Part shown: in pieces, positions 37,521 to 50,628 of the stretch
How the letters are laid out: each line of letters begins with the position of its first letter
Position numbering within the stretch: the first letter of the stretch is position 1
Assembly: GCA_030390025.1 (NCBI GenBank)
Contig: CM059433.1
Coordinates: 19,780,001 to 19,844,000 of the forward strand
DNA length: 64,000 nucleotides
From: Squalus acanthias
Taxonomy: Eukaryota
Direction: 5' to 3'
Notes under the pieces: model-generated
The model's database searches: none
The model's input: only the letters and a program-made list of their open reading frames with translations
What the model was told of the DNA's origin: nothing
Translations under genes and position numbers: made by a program

Positions 37521-38554
37521 ATGGGGGCTGTACTGGCAGTCGACCTGGCCCTCCAGAATCTGCTGCAGAGGGCGCGCAGGCAGCGAGAAAGATTGGAACA
37601 TGTTGCCAGAGGGAGGAGGAGGGCAATCAGGGCTCTCAAAAGGAGGCCTTACCCTTCGAGGGTCTTTCGACAGCAATTCTCCTACCTCCAATTAAGGCAG
37701 AGCAGTGTCTTCAGCAAGGAGGTGGTCACCGAACTCTGCCACCTCCTGCAACCAGACCTCGAGCCTCAGATCAGGACAAGGACAGCTCTCTCAGTGGCAG
37801 TCAAGGCCACCGTCGCCCTCAATTTTGTTGCCAGTGGATCCTGCCAGTCTGCAACAGGAGATATAGATAACCTCTCGCAGTTTGCCGTCCATTGCTGCAT
37901 TCAGGAGGTCACAGAGGCTCTCTACAGTAGGAGAAGGGACTACATTTCCTTCCCCATCACCAGAGAGAAGCAGGACAAGCGTGCATGTGGCTTTGCCAGG
38001 ATAGCGGGATTCCTCATGGTGCAGGGCGCCATTGACTGCACCCACGTGGCTTTGCGGGCACCACATAACAATCCTGAGATCTTCCGTAACCGCAAAGGCT
38101 ACCACTCACTTAATGTGCAGTTGGTGTGCGACCACAGACAGCGAATCCTCAATGTGAATCCCACTATCCTGGCAACAGCCACGATGCCTTCATCTTGCGC
38201 CAGACTGGCGTTCCAGCACTCTTCCAGCCACCACATCAAGCACGTGGCTGGCTGGTCGGAGACAAGGACTATCCGCTCTCCACCTGGCTCATGCCTCCCC
38301 TCCGCAACCCCAACACTCCTGCACAGCACTCATATAATGAGAGCCATGCTGCCACCAGGAACATCATTGAGCAGACCATCGGAGTGCTCAAGCAACCGTT
38401 CCACTGCCTTGACCATTTCGTCGTGGTGTGCTGCATGCTCCACAATCTGGCCATCATGAGGGGCCAGCCCTTGCCAGCAGGGATTGCAGGACCACCTCAG
38501 GAGGAGGAAGAGGGAGAGGAGGAGGACGAGGAAGATGAGAAGGAGAAGGAATAG
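37521..38554 (+). pseudogene. Harbinger (HARBI1-like) DDE transposase, frameshifted
   Basis: GAIDCTHV, FRNRKGYHSLNVQLVCD; frameshift near 38160; then YPGNSHDAFIL, LVGDKDYP, YNESHAATRNIIEQTIGVLK, CCMLHNLA and an acidic tail. Confidence 0.9.
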
Positions 38555-38732
38555 GAGCGAGGGAAGAGGCAGCCACTCAATCGGCCATCAGACTGCGGTT
38601 CCAGTAAATTCAACCCCAAATCCCCATTGCTCACCACATCCCCATCATTCCATCCCTGTCGCAGGCCATATCACAGCGCACAGCTGAAATGAGAGACAGT
38701 ACAAAATTATCCAAAGTGAATTAATAAATTTA

Positions 38733-39580
38733 TCAATAATCAGTGAACACATCTTTACAACAACAATATTTACTATTCACCCTGTGCAATCCATTAGTGC
38801 CTCTCGTTACAGTGCCTTTGCCTACTCGAGTGCTCCTACGAAGTGATGGCCCAGTGGCTGCAGCACGGCTGGTGGAAGGCTGCTGAGTGTCCGTGCGGGA
38901 GTCTTCAGATGGCCTTGCAGGACGTCCTCGACCAGCTCTGGGCCTGGAAGGCCTGGCTGTAGATTGCAGCACCTCAGCATGGGTAGCAGCAGTCTGGGCT
39001 GGCTGGATGACAGGCAGCGACAAGGGCAATGGCGGAGTGGCAGTGGTGGGAGCAGGAATGCTGTCATCCTGAGAGAGGACAGCAGCTTCCTGCTCCACTG
39101 GCCCACTGCCACTCCTCCACGGCAGCACCTCAGCATCCCTAGCACTCTGTTGGAGCACAGATTGCTGGCCTGCTGCGACATCGTGATAGCCCCGGTCGAC
39201 GGTGGTGGACCCAGCCATGATGGCAGCAGTCAGAGCTTGCGTGGCATCAAGCTGAGACTGCATGAGAGCAGTCTGAGATTGAATGCCACCAAGCATAGAC
39301 TGCATTACAGCACTAAGATGTTGCGTCGCTTCCGCCTGTGCTGCAATGGAAGTTGCCAAATTGCCCATCACATGTAAACCTACCCGATTCACTGAGGCTG
39401 GAGGCTGGGAAGACCCATTAAAAAAATTATGGGGAAAAATTTGGTTGCCTTGCGCCTCCTGTTAGCGCCCTAAGAGGGCCACCTGCCACTTGCTGGTTAG
39501 AGCACCGCCCTCCGTATCTCCACAGTGGATACCAACTCCTTCAATGCTTGGTCTGAAAATCTGCGCCCGGGCGCGGCGAT
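38733..39580 (-). pseudogene. Harbinger Myb/SANT partner gene, internally deleted
   Basis: C-terminal ORF 38733..39392 (RPSRPRAGRGRP...RRSTR) plus N-terminal remnant RRFSDQALKELVSTVEIRRAVL*P at about 39480-39575. Confidence 0.7.
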
Positions 39581-40969
39581 GTTTGCGCCACTCGCGAAAT
39601 TGACCAGACATTTTGCGGCGGCGCTAAACACTACCGCCACAATCTCCTGCGCCCGCAGATCGTGATGTCAGTCGAGCGTGCAACGCTCCGGTAGCGCCCC
39701 GGACTGGATATTGAGTGGCGCCCCCTACCTTACCGTCTGCCACTAGCAACGACAGGTTGAGGGGAACGTTTTGCAGTCGGGAAGGGACTGGGGGAGCGCT
39801 ATTTAAAGGCGGCCGCTTCCTGCCTTTTTTTGTCGGCGACATTTTTGCACCACCTATTCTGAGAGAGAGAGAGAGACTTCTGGAGAGATTCAACGCTGTG
39901 TGAAGGAGTTTTGGGTACTGAGCAGCACTTTGCAGGTTCATTTTGATTTGACCTTCCTTGCATTGATTTAGAAGAGACTGTGGGGGCTGCACTCTGAGCT
40001 CTTTCCCTGGGTCTCTCCATTGTTCTTTCCAGCAGAATTGATGTACAGGTCTCTCCAGGCCGAGATTCAAGGCTGCAATGAGCAGGGTGTGGATGGAGAG
40101 CAAGATCGACCCTCCCCTTTAAGAACTGGTCGGCGCCAGTGTGTCTGTGTTCCATTGCTGACTGACATCACATGAGCTTCGCCAGCGCTCTGAGTTAGCG
40201 CCTTGCTCCTCGGCGTTAGCGCCTTAAGAGAGGTGTGTCGCGCCTGATTTAGCGCTCCAATCACCTCCAGGGGCGATAGAAGCCAAGTTTGCAGTCGGAG
40301 GCGATAATTAGTGCCAGATGCTAAACTTTGCGCCCAGCCGATAATTGCGCCCCAAACCGGGCGATTCCAAATTTCTCCCCCTGGGTCTTTTTAGTCTGCG
40401 TCCTTAATGAATTAAGTTTACTTTGATGTTGCTACGCAAAACCTGTGCATGGAGAGTCAGTGATGTAAACATGGCACTGCGTGCAATGCAAATTTGGCAA
40501 AACTCTTTCTGTAAAAGTAGAGTAACTGCATTCAGAATTGTACCTCCTTCTTTTGGGTGTGGTCCTCAGTTATACTTTGCAGATCATTTTCATGCTTTTC
40601 CGTAACAGAGCCTTAAAGGGTGCTTTGCATTTGAACTTTACACAAATTTGATGGTCTCCATAGCGATCCTGAAGGGTAGAAGTGTTTCTGCAATAAGAAT
40701 GTGGAATTCAGTATTGACAGCTGTTAGTGAGTCTTGCTTTCCTTCAGTAATGTTGAATTGTATAGACTGCCACATTCTGTTCTGTTAGAGCAGTGATATG
40801 TAATAGAAACCGCTGACTAGCCACCAGTGTGACTATGGTGACACCGTTTTAGTAGAAAACACCTTATGTGCATACAATATTTACTTAGCCAACCTCTACC
40901 ACCATTCAGTGCGAAACTTTGAAGTCTTTCTCTTTCACCAAAGTTTGTAATTCTGGCATGAATTTATAA

Positions 40970-41155
40970 ATGTGAGAAGTCGCACAACACCAGGTTATAG
41001 TCCAACAGCTTTATTTGAAATCACAAGCTTTCGGAGGTGACGAAGGAGCAGCGCTCCGAAAGCTTGTGATTTCAAATAAAGCTGTTGGACTATAACCTGG
41101 TGTTGTGCGACTTCTCACATTTGTCCACCCCAGTCCAACACCGGCATCTCCACAT
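40970..41155 (+). mobile_element. Penelope family A palindromic mini-element, second copy
   Basis: Perfect 69-bp arms 40968-41036 / 41054-41122, 17-nt spacer, tail 41123-41155; TSD catgaatttataa 40957-40969 / catgaatttttaa 41156-41168. Confidence 0.9.
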
Positions 41156-44100
41156 CATGAATTTTTAAGGCACGGCACATCTTAGTGCAGCTTCTAGATT
41201 TTTGTCCAGCAGTTTTGCGAGCGGTACTTTGACTTCATCAGAGTGTTTGCTGAGAATATTGAGTTGCACAACAAGACGCTCCAGACCCCTTCCTTCTCTC
41301 CACCCTGAACGCGGTTGGGTGCTTGCCCTTTGCCGTCACGTCTCCTGTCGGAGCTGCTCGTTATTGGTTGGACTTGCTTTCATCTGCTGGCATGGGGCGG
41401 TTATTCTGATTGGTCGAGCTGACCACGATGACCCCTCCCCTCTCCATCCAATGTTGCTGATGTTTCCATGGTGCTGACATCTTGTGTTTTCACCGTGTTA
41501 CACCAGGTTTTGGCAGATAACAAAGAAGCACTAACCAAGGAAGTAAAGCACACACAATGATGAAAAATCACTTGCACACTCTGCTTATTGTCATACCATT
41601 TTACCACAAGGTGAAAGTGAACATGCATACGCAGTGAAAATATGAGAACTGAGATCACAGTCTCAACAATGGTATCTATTACTTATTTTTTATTTATCGG
41701 TCAAAAATGCAATTAGCCACATCTGGATTCCCAATTAGCCACAGGTGGCCCATGGCTGATGTATTGGACAACACAGTATTAGAGCAGTAAAATGAGTTCA
41801 TACAGTAAAATCCCAGGCTCTGAAGCCCCCTGCGTTGCAGAATTGCCTTGCAGTTAGCAGAGTTTTTTTGCCTTTAAGCAAAGCTAATATTTGAAATTGA
41901 GAGTTATTTAAGCAGGGCAGCATTGAAGTTGCTTACTCTGGCACTGTGGGACGGACAAGCAAGCTACTGGTGGGGAGGAATTCTTGTAGCAATGTTGGTC
42001 AGTGATTATCTCCCCACTAATCTCAGTGCCATGTGATCATTAGTTGTGAAGGACATGCAAATCACAAAGTCATAAGATAATTACGAGTGAGAAAGATCAA
42101 TTGGCCCATCATAGTTCTTCAATCCAGTCTGACCCTAACAGTTTGATACTACCCAAAGTGAGTGTTTTATATCACTTGAAGCATTGTTTACCTCACAATG
42201 ACTTGAGGTGTGCAGAATAACTGGGGAAACCTGATGTCACTATTTACGACTTTAAAGAACTGCGCAAGCAAGTCTGTATCTGCATACTTGATTTAAAGTT
42301 GATTCAGTTGCTATAGTAACTGCTTTGCAGTATAGACGGGGTGGTTTCTATGGTAATGGGACGGGAGGCATTTCAGCTGTATAAAGGCAGCATTAAATTC
42401 ATGTCTAGAGTTTTCACGTGATCATTCATCTTTGGGGTGATGCTTTACCTTTTTGGAAAATTTACCTGTGGTTATTCGCCTCTCTCAGGGGATTTATTGA
42501 TTTGTGGAGCCCCCACAAATAAAACATGGCCTGTGGGAAGAAGTGGGCATGAGGAGCTGAATGGCTTTTTGCTTAGCTCTTAAAGCTGGACTCAAAAATC
42601 TCCTTACATTAGAAAACAAAACACTGCACATGCACATCAAGCTGCTTATGCACACAGCATTTTAGTGTGTTCAATGCAAAAGTTTTCCCATTGTTTCCAG
42701 TCTAATTTGAATACAGCCAGGGGATAGGGCTGACTTCAGGTAAGGCCACTAAAAGGAAGAAGGGGACTTGATGTGGGAGACAGACAGGATTTTGTCATCA
42801 TTGATTTGGCATTTAGAACCCAACAACAATTTGCATTTATACAGCTTCTTTAATTGAACAAAAAACCATGGTGCTTCATGAACAAAAGTCATTGTAAAAG
42901 GGAAGGGATTTCTCTTTGTTTGAAGCCAGAATTTGAGAAAAGTTTCTTTCCCAACCTCACATTTTCACCTTCTCAGGTGGTAAACTGTTGGAGAGGATCG
43001 CGAGTGCCTGCCTGCCTGCCTGATTTCATTCCACTGTAAAAGGTAGTTTGAAGGTATATTCTGAGCCTCCTCCAGTGGTCCCTTTAAGGGCCGCTGGTTA
43101 GGCCGCTCCACACCTGGTATCGATATGCGGAGTGTGCTTGGCGTAGTCTCTGCCCATAGGCAAACGACAATGGCGTTGGGGTCCTACAACTCCAGTAGGA
43201 TCCCGATTTAACTCATTTAACCAGGCTCCTGCCTGTTTAAGGCGGGATCAGTTGTCACCCATTTTGAGGCCTGCCTGAAAATCGCCCCGGGTGGAGCCTC
43301 AGGTCGCCAATGGACAGATGATTTGTTTTCACTCTGCAACTGCCAGCGGCCCCACTTTTATTCAGCATAAATGAGGGAGAGGGGGCTGCATCACCCCCAG
43401 AGATACACAATAAACTCAGAAGCCCAAGAACTGCCCCCACAGTTGTACTTGTGAGAATTGTAAATTTAGTCCACTTGAAATAAACAAAATCTGTTAAAAT
43501 GCATTTTTTAAACACAATGGACTAAATTCATGTTTGAAGTTGCAAATTGCAATTGAGATTTTTTTCAGTGACTCTAATTTATTTTCCTCTATAAACATGC
43601 TGCAAAGGTCTTCAGCAAAGAAGCTTAAATGCACAGAATAACATTGGCATTTCAACAACAATTTATTTTCAAGGCATTGGATATTTTTCTCTGAGGATTG
43701 ATAAGTCTTCCACTTGAACTCATTCCTTCCTAAGACCGCGAGATTGAATTAATTCCTTATCTCCCTCAGTCTTTCTTTTTTCCTATAGTTGGCAAGCTTT
43801 AAAACTGCAAACTTGATGTCACCCAGCCAATACCTCTTCTGTTCTAAACCTGGAGATTACTGTTGGTGACATTAGCTTAACTGTTTGTATAACATTTCTG
43901 TGTTCACTGTTTTAACAAAGATGTTCATCCAAGAGCCCTGAGTAGAGAAATATCTGTTTGTTATTATTCCTTCTTATAATCTAGGGTCGTTAACTTTAAT
44001 AAAGCAAAAGAAGTGGGCAGATGACCTAATAATTATAGATAGAAGCTCAGCAGGCAGCGGTGGTGTTCTCAGTATCATTGAGTTTGTTGCATAGAGACCA

Positions 44101-44479
44101 GGGAGAAACCAAGATAGTTCCATTCACTCTCGTTGTGCTGACAACACCAACAGACTGATCTCCACTGTGCCTGTTTTGATTGTCTACATTAGGTAAACTG
44201 ACCCAAAAGATAAAACATATTAACGGAGCTGGACGTGTTCAGCATATGCACTACTCTCTGTTACAGTCTCATTTCTTTCCACTCGTTGTATTGCTGCAGA
44301 ATATTTTCCATTCTGTGTTGTACCGCCTATTTGTGTTCCATATTTCAAACTCGTTTTTTTGAAACAAAAACTAGGATTGAAGTAGAATATTCCAAGTGGA
44401 ACTAATCGTCCAAAATTCTGTGGTGTTATTGCCCTGTTGGGGAGCATGTATGAATCAGATCAGCAGGTTATCCATGTAC

Positions 44480-45740
44480 AACGTAGGTTAGTGGAATAGA
44501 TAGACAGGTGGCAGATGCAATTTAATGTGGATAATTGTGAGGTAACGCATTTTAGGACTAGAAGTATACACTCAATGGAAAGATGCTGAAGGTTAGGGAT
44601 GAACAGAGAGACTTAAGAGTTCAAATAGGCCATTCCTTGAAACTGTGAAGTGGATAGATAAAGACATCAAAAAGGCCAGTAGCAGTTTCAGTTTTATAAA
44701 TGGGGCATTGTTTAAGGTGTAATAATAATTTGTACAAAGTAATGTTAATGCAAACAGTTAGAGTACTGTTTGGAATTTTGAGTGCCCCAATACAGAAAGA
44801 ACATTAATGGTATAGAGAGGGGAATCCTGGATTCACCAGGATGATGCGAGGGATAAGAAACTATAGTTAAAACAGAAAGAACGACTTGCATTTATATAGC
44901 GCCTTTCACGATATTCCAAAGTGCTTTACAGCCAATGAAGTACTATTTGAAGTGTCGTCACTGTTGTAATGTAGGAAATCCAGCAGCCAATTTGCGCACA
45001 GCAAGGTGCCACAAACAGCAAATGTGATCATGACAAGATAATCTGTTTATAGTGATGTTGATTGAGGGATAAATATTGGCCAGGACACCTGAGATAACTC
45101 CCCTGCTCTTCTTCGAAATAGTGCCACGGGATCTTTTACATCCACCTGAGAGAGCAGACGGGGCCTTGGTTTACCCAAAAGACATCACCTCAGACAGTGC
45201 AGCACTCCCCTGGAGTGTCAACCTAGATTGGTGTGTTCAAATCTCTGAAGTCAGATTTTAGAACCCACAACCTTCTGACTCCAGAGACAAGAGCACTACC
45301 AACTGAGCCATGGCTGACACAGGGGGAGCTTTGAGTTACTGGACTACTTCAGCGAGAACAGAAAAGGCTAAGAGGAGATATATTAGAGGTTTTTAAAGTA
45401 ATGAAGGATTTTTTTTTACAGAATGAATAGTGAAAGAATATTTCTTTGGTTGGAGGGGTCAGTGATGGGGGTGTTGATCGATTTAAATTGTCACTAAGAG
45501 AGTGAGAAATCTCTTCATGCAGAAGTTGTTGGGGCACGCGATGCTTTGTGCAGGGAACAGTTGAGGCAGAAGCCATTGCATTGTTTAATGTAAAAGTGGA
45601 TAATATTGGAAACAGAGGAAGATACAAGAACTTGGGGAAAGAGTGGAGCAGTGGGATGGGATTTGGATTGCTCGAAAAAAAAGCCAGCAGACAGAGTGGG
45701 CCGAATGGCCTTCTTCTCTGCTGTAAACTTCTATGGCTCT
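44480..45740 (+). mobile_element. Old CR1 LINE fragment interrupted by a SINE
   Basis: WQMQFNVDNCEV.HF near 44510; resumes at about 45325 and ends in gggccgaatggcc...ttctatg. Confidence 0.7.
44872..45320 (-). mobile_element. DeuSINE (SacSINE1-like)
   Basis: Reverse complement of the 11325-11780 family. Confidence 0.85.
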
Positions 45741-47049
45741 AAGTATAGTAGGCTCCAAAATGCTGGAAAAATGTACCAAATGATATGTTAAAAAAATGAA
45801 CATTTTCGGCTGGCAGCTAGAATATGTATCGGGTGGGTTTGGGTCGAGTGGGTTGCAAAAATGTTAAAAATCTGAAACTGACCCCAGCCCTTCTCCAACC
45901 TGCCCACATCTGGTTTTAATGGAGGTGGGACGGGTGGGGGTGGGGGGAACCGGCTGGCGAGCAAATAACCTGCTCGCAGGAGGCAGGTTGGTCACTTAAA
46001 TATTATAATGAGGCGCCGTGCTTCAGAATTAAGCACCATTTAAAATTTAACGCAGCAGTTAAAGGGATGGGAGGACTGCTGGGTCCAGGAGGTACAAACA
46101 TCTCCACTTACCTGTTAGATTCAGTTTACCTGCTTCTTCCCCCCGCCCACCCCCTGGGCCAAACAGCAGGAAGCTTACCAGTGTTCTGTGCTGGTAAGCC
46201 ATGTTATTTTAGCTGGTTAATCTCGAGCAGTACCCTGCATACACAAGCTTCAGATCTGCCAATCTACACCAAAGCTCTCTGGACTTGGGTAAATGCAGTG
46301 TGTCGCCATGGGGAGGTAGTCCTCTTCCCTAAGCCTCAATAGTTGGTGCCTTTGAAGCTACTGGCAGGGTTGAAAATGACATTAAAGCTGGTATTTACAC
46401 CAACCACTGTTACTCCAACAGAAAACCTCAGTGTATTTGCTGTGCTCGATTTTACCTTGTACTACTTTAATACAATATTGCCAGGTGCTCTCCAAGGTGA
46501 TGAATACAGTAATTATGGAGGGGAAGAGGTGGTATTGTTAATGGAGCTGAATGAAGTATTTCTAGTCAGACATTCAGCACCAAGTGGTGCTGTTCATTTA
46601 TTTAATTTGTGGCTTGTCTTAATATTGCCAGAAGCCATAAAAAGGACACAAAATCATTCAGCAAACAGACACATGGAGGGATACATTCTGATTCATGTGG
46701 CAGCTGCTGCTAGGGAAAGAAGACAGAAGGAGAGGCCATATCCTTTACAGTGACTTTATTGATCCCGTTGGAGGTTCCTGGCTCCCAATAAAAGAAAAAA
46801 AAAGTCATAGATTTAGATTAAGGAAGGACACAATCGCTGATCTACGTCCTGACTTCCAGGATGATAGTAAATAGTTAGCACGGGCTTGCCTGTAGCTGAG
46901 AAGCTGACAGTTGTCCTTGCTTTCAATGTGTTGGGCTGTGTTAAATCTCCAACCCAACATTTTTGGCTAACAGCCAATCTAATGAGTAGAGGTATATTAA
47001 TCAAGTTACTGATGCCTTGTTCAAATCTGTTGTGTTTCTATAAGATAGA

Positions 47050-47797
47050 GGGCTGGAAATTGTGGTCGGAGGCTTCCCGCGGGCGAATGCCTCCAAACCG
47101 CAAATAAACTCCGCACCGACCTGGTGCCTCCATATCTTTGAAGACTTGCGCTCCTGGGCCTGCAGGCGTAGGCCTGCGTAAAGGCCCACGTATCCCAGGG
47201 GGGCATGCGGTTCGCAAGCGTCCCTGGGATCACATGGGACAGGCCAACCAATCAAAAAGGGGGATTCCCATTATGCTCATGGGGAATCCCCATAAGCATA
47301 ATAGGAATCCCCTAAAAAACACAATCACAACACTGAAATAAAAATAAATCATCACATGGTCAAAATGGGTTAAAATACAATTTAATTAAACATTTAAAAC
47401 AAAAATTACAATTTTTGAAAAATAAATGTAAACATTTTTCAAGGGGCCAAAAATAACCTAAACTAATTTTAAAGGTTTTTGTATAGTTAAATCATTTAAA
47501 AAATGTATTTTAATATTTATTTAAACCCTTACGCTGGTAAAAAGAAGGCCTTACGCCTGCTTTTACCAGGTGCAAGGGTTTCGTGGGCATTCGTTGGGCA
47601 GTAGTTGGGCAAATAGCCCAACTCTCTGCCAGCGAATGTCCATTTCCTGTGGATGGGTACGATCTGTCTAGCAGAATTTTGACAGATCGCAAGTTCCGGG
47701 TTTCCGCGCATGTGCATCGCATGTGGAAACCCGGAACTTGCGGGGCATTTACGACCGTGTATGCGTACGCAGTCATAGGCCCCGGAAAATCTGGGCC
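47050..47797. mobile_element. Harbinger-type MITE with internal hairpins
   Basis: Ends gggctggaaatt / aaaatctgggcc; homologous over its length to 52512-53238. Confidence 0.75.
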
Positions 47798-49140
47798 ATA
47801 ATATCACAAAAATGTGGCTATGTACACGATGTCAAAACTGATGACAAAAAGTCTGATAACTGTCATTCTAAATATACAGTCCTGCAGAAGAAAACTATCA
47901 GAAGTATGAAGATGATGTTCCAAATCCTTTAAAAGGTTTGACTGGTTTTACAGATGATTGTTATCCCTGTTCCTCCACCCCCAACCCCCACCCCTAACAA
48001 TTAAGCAATATTGAGGTCAATTGTAGTACCTCTACTTCTGCCTAACTAACTCAGCACAAACTAGAGTTCAGTTCCTTTCGACACCATAAGACTATCTTTG
48101 TTTCCAGTACATTTTTCAGGGACTCTCTCCCATGCAATGTATTTCTGAGACTATATCGACTATAGTTGTAGTGTGTCATGTCCTCAAACTGTGGATTATA
48201 GGAGATTATGGACAAATTTACCGCAGATAGATCATTTTTCATAATCAAGTTATTGAACTTAAGTGTGGTTTTATGCCTTTTGAGTGAGATATTATCTGGA
48301 AAGTAATTAAATAAGAAATAGAAAAAAATTGATTGGTTGCACTCTGATGTTTGAAAATCATAAAAATCTGGGACAGGCGAACTTATGTATCAGATTTTAC
48401 AACAGTTATTTAACCTCTTTGTTTGGTAGCACCTCTGCCAGTGGTGTTTAATTTAAGAGAATCGAAACACACTGCCAAAATAGACTAAGAAAATATTCAG
48501 GGCAAAATGACCTTGAACGAACAAGCTCACATTTTAGAATTGGAAACAAAAGCCACAAATCTGGAAAATTTGAAATAAATGCAGAAAATTGTGCAGATGC
48601 ACAGCAGGGCAAGAAAAGGACTGGAAAAACATGCATCTCATTTGTTCCCAAACTCAATTTTTCGCAGCATCCTTGGACTATTTTTGTGGAGACTTCTGGA
48701 CTACCATAACTAGCTCTGTTACCAAAACTACCTCTCCATCGCAAAGGCCACCTATTACCGCCCTGTACCATCACTTGCCTCCACCCCTACCTCAGCCCAT
48801 CTGATGCTGAAACCCTCATCCATGCATTTGTCACCTTCAGACTTGGCTATTCCAATGCTCTCCTGGCTGGTCTCCCATCCTCCGCCTTCCATAAACTTCA
48901 GTTCATTCAAAACTCTGCTGCCCGCATCCCATTCCACACCAAATCCTGTTCATCCACAACTGTGCTGATCTGCACGAGCTCCCTGTCTCCCAACACCTCT
49001 AATTTAAAATTCTCATCTTCCTGCTTAAATCCCTTCAGGACCTCACCCCTCCCTATCTCTATATCTTTCCCCAGCCCTACAGACCCCCCACAACTCTGCA
49101 TTTCTCTGACTCTGGCCTTTTGCACATCCTCTCCTCCTTT

Positions 49141-50520
49141 CAGTAGTAGGGAAAATATTAGAATCTATCATTAGGGACGTGGTAACGGGGCACTTAGAAA
49201 ATCATAATATGATTGAGCAGAGTCAACATGGATTTATGAAATGGAAATCATGTTTAACAAATCTGTTAGAGTTTTTTGAAGATGTAGCTAGCAGGGTAGA
49301 TAAGGGGGAACTAGTGGATGTAGTTTATTGGATTTTCAAAAAGCATTCGATAAGGTGCCACCTAAGAGGTTATTACACAAAGTTAGGGCTCATGGGATTG
49401 GGGGTAATATACTAGCACGGATTGAGGATTGGTTAACGGACAGAAAACAGAGAGTAGGAATAAACAGGTCATTTTCGGGTTGGCAGACTGTAACTAGTGG
49501 GGTACCACAAGGATCAGTGCTTGGGCCTCAGCTATTTACAATCCACATCAATGAATTAGATGAGGTGACTGAGTGTAATGTATCCAAGTTTGCTGACGAT
49601 ACAAAGCTAGGTGGGAAAGTAAGTTGTGAGGAGGGTGCAAAGAGGCTGCAAAGGGATATAGACAGGTTAAGTGAGTGGGCAAGAACTTGGCAGATGGAAT
49701 ATAATGTGCAGAAATGTGAAGTTATCCACTTTGGTAGGAAAAATAGAAAAGCAGAATATTTTTTAAATGGTGAGAGATTGGAAAATGTTGGTATTCAGAG
49801 AGACCTGGATGTCCTTGTACACGAATCACAGGAAGTTAACATGCAGGTACAGCAAGCAATTAGGAAGGCAAATGGTATGTTAGCCTTTATTACAAAAGGA
49901 TTGGAGTATAAAAGTAAAGAAGTCTTATTGCAATTATATATGGCTTTGGTGAGACCACACCTGGAGTACTATGTACAGTTTTGGTCTCCTTACTGAGGAA
50001 GGATATACTTGCCTTTGAGGATGTGCAACAAAGGTTCACTAGATTGATTCCTGGGATGAAGGGATTGTCCTATGAGGAGAGATTGAGTAGACTAGGCCTA
50101 TATTTCCTCGAGTTTAGAAGAATGAGAGGTGATCTCATTGAAACGTATAAAATTCTGAGAGGGCCTGACAGGGTAGACGTTGAGAGGCTGTTTCCCCTGG
50201 CTGGAGAGTCTAGAACTAGGGGTCACAGTCTCAGAATAAGGGGTCGGCCATTTAGGACTGTGATGATGAGAAATTTCTTTATTCAAATGCTTGTAATCGT
50301 TGGAATTCTCTACCCCAGAGAGCTGTGGATGCTCAGTCATTGAGTATATTCAAGACAGAGATCGACAGATTTTTGGATACTAAGGGAACCAAGGAATATG
50401 GGGATAGTGTGGGAAGGTGGAGTTGAGGTAAAAGATCAGCCGTGATCTTATTTAATTGGGGAGCAGGCTCGAGGGTCAGAATGGCCTACTCATGCTCCTA
50501 TTTCTTATGTTCTTATGTTC
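49141..50520 (+). mobile_element. CR1 LINE, 5'-truncated
   Basis: RT ORFs 49179..49415, 49328..49996, 49981..50343; (ttcttatg)n tail. Confidence 0.95.
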
Positions 50521-50628
50521 TCTCTATAATTGGTGCGCCTTAAGTCGTCTTGGCCATATTCTCTGGAATTCCCTCCCCAAATCTCTTTGCCTCCCACTTC
50601 TCTGTCCTCCTTTAAGACCCTCCTTAAA

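Larger units (their letters stand above)
37015..40381. mobile_element. PIF/Harbinger element with transposase pseudogene and Myb gene remnants, possibly composite
   Basis: Perfect 12-bp TIR gggggagaaatt / aatttctccccc; convergent transposase (+) and Myb-partner (-) sequences; TSD not clean. Confidence 0.8.

Noticed and set aside
37500..38554. Host HARBI1 gene
   Set aside because: Frameshifted, lies within TIRs and faces a Myb partner, so it is a transposon copy rather than the domesticated gene
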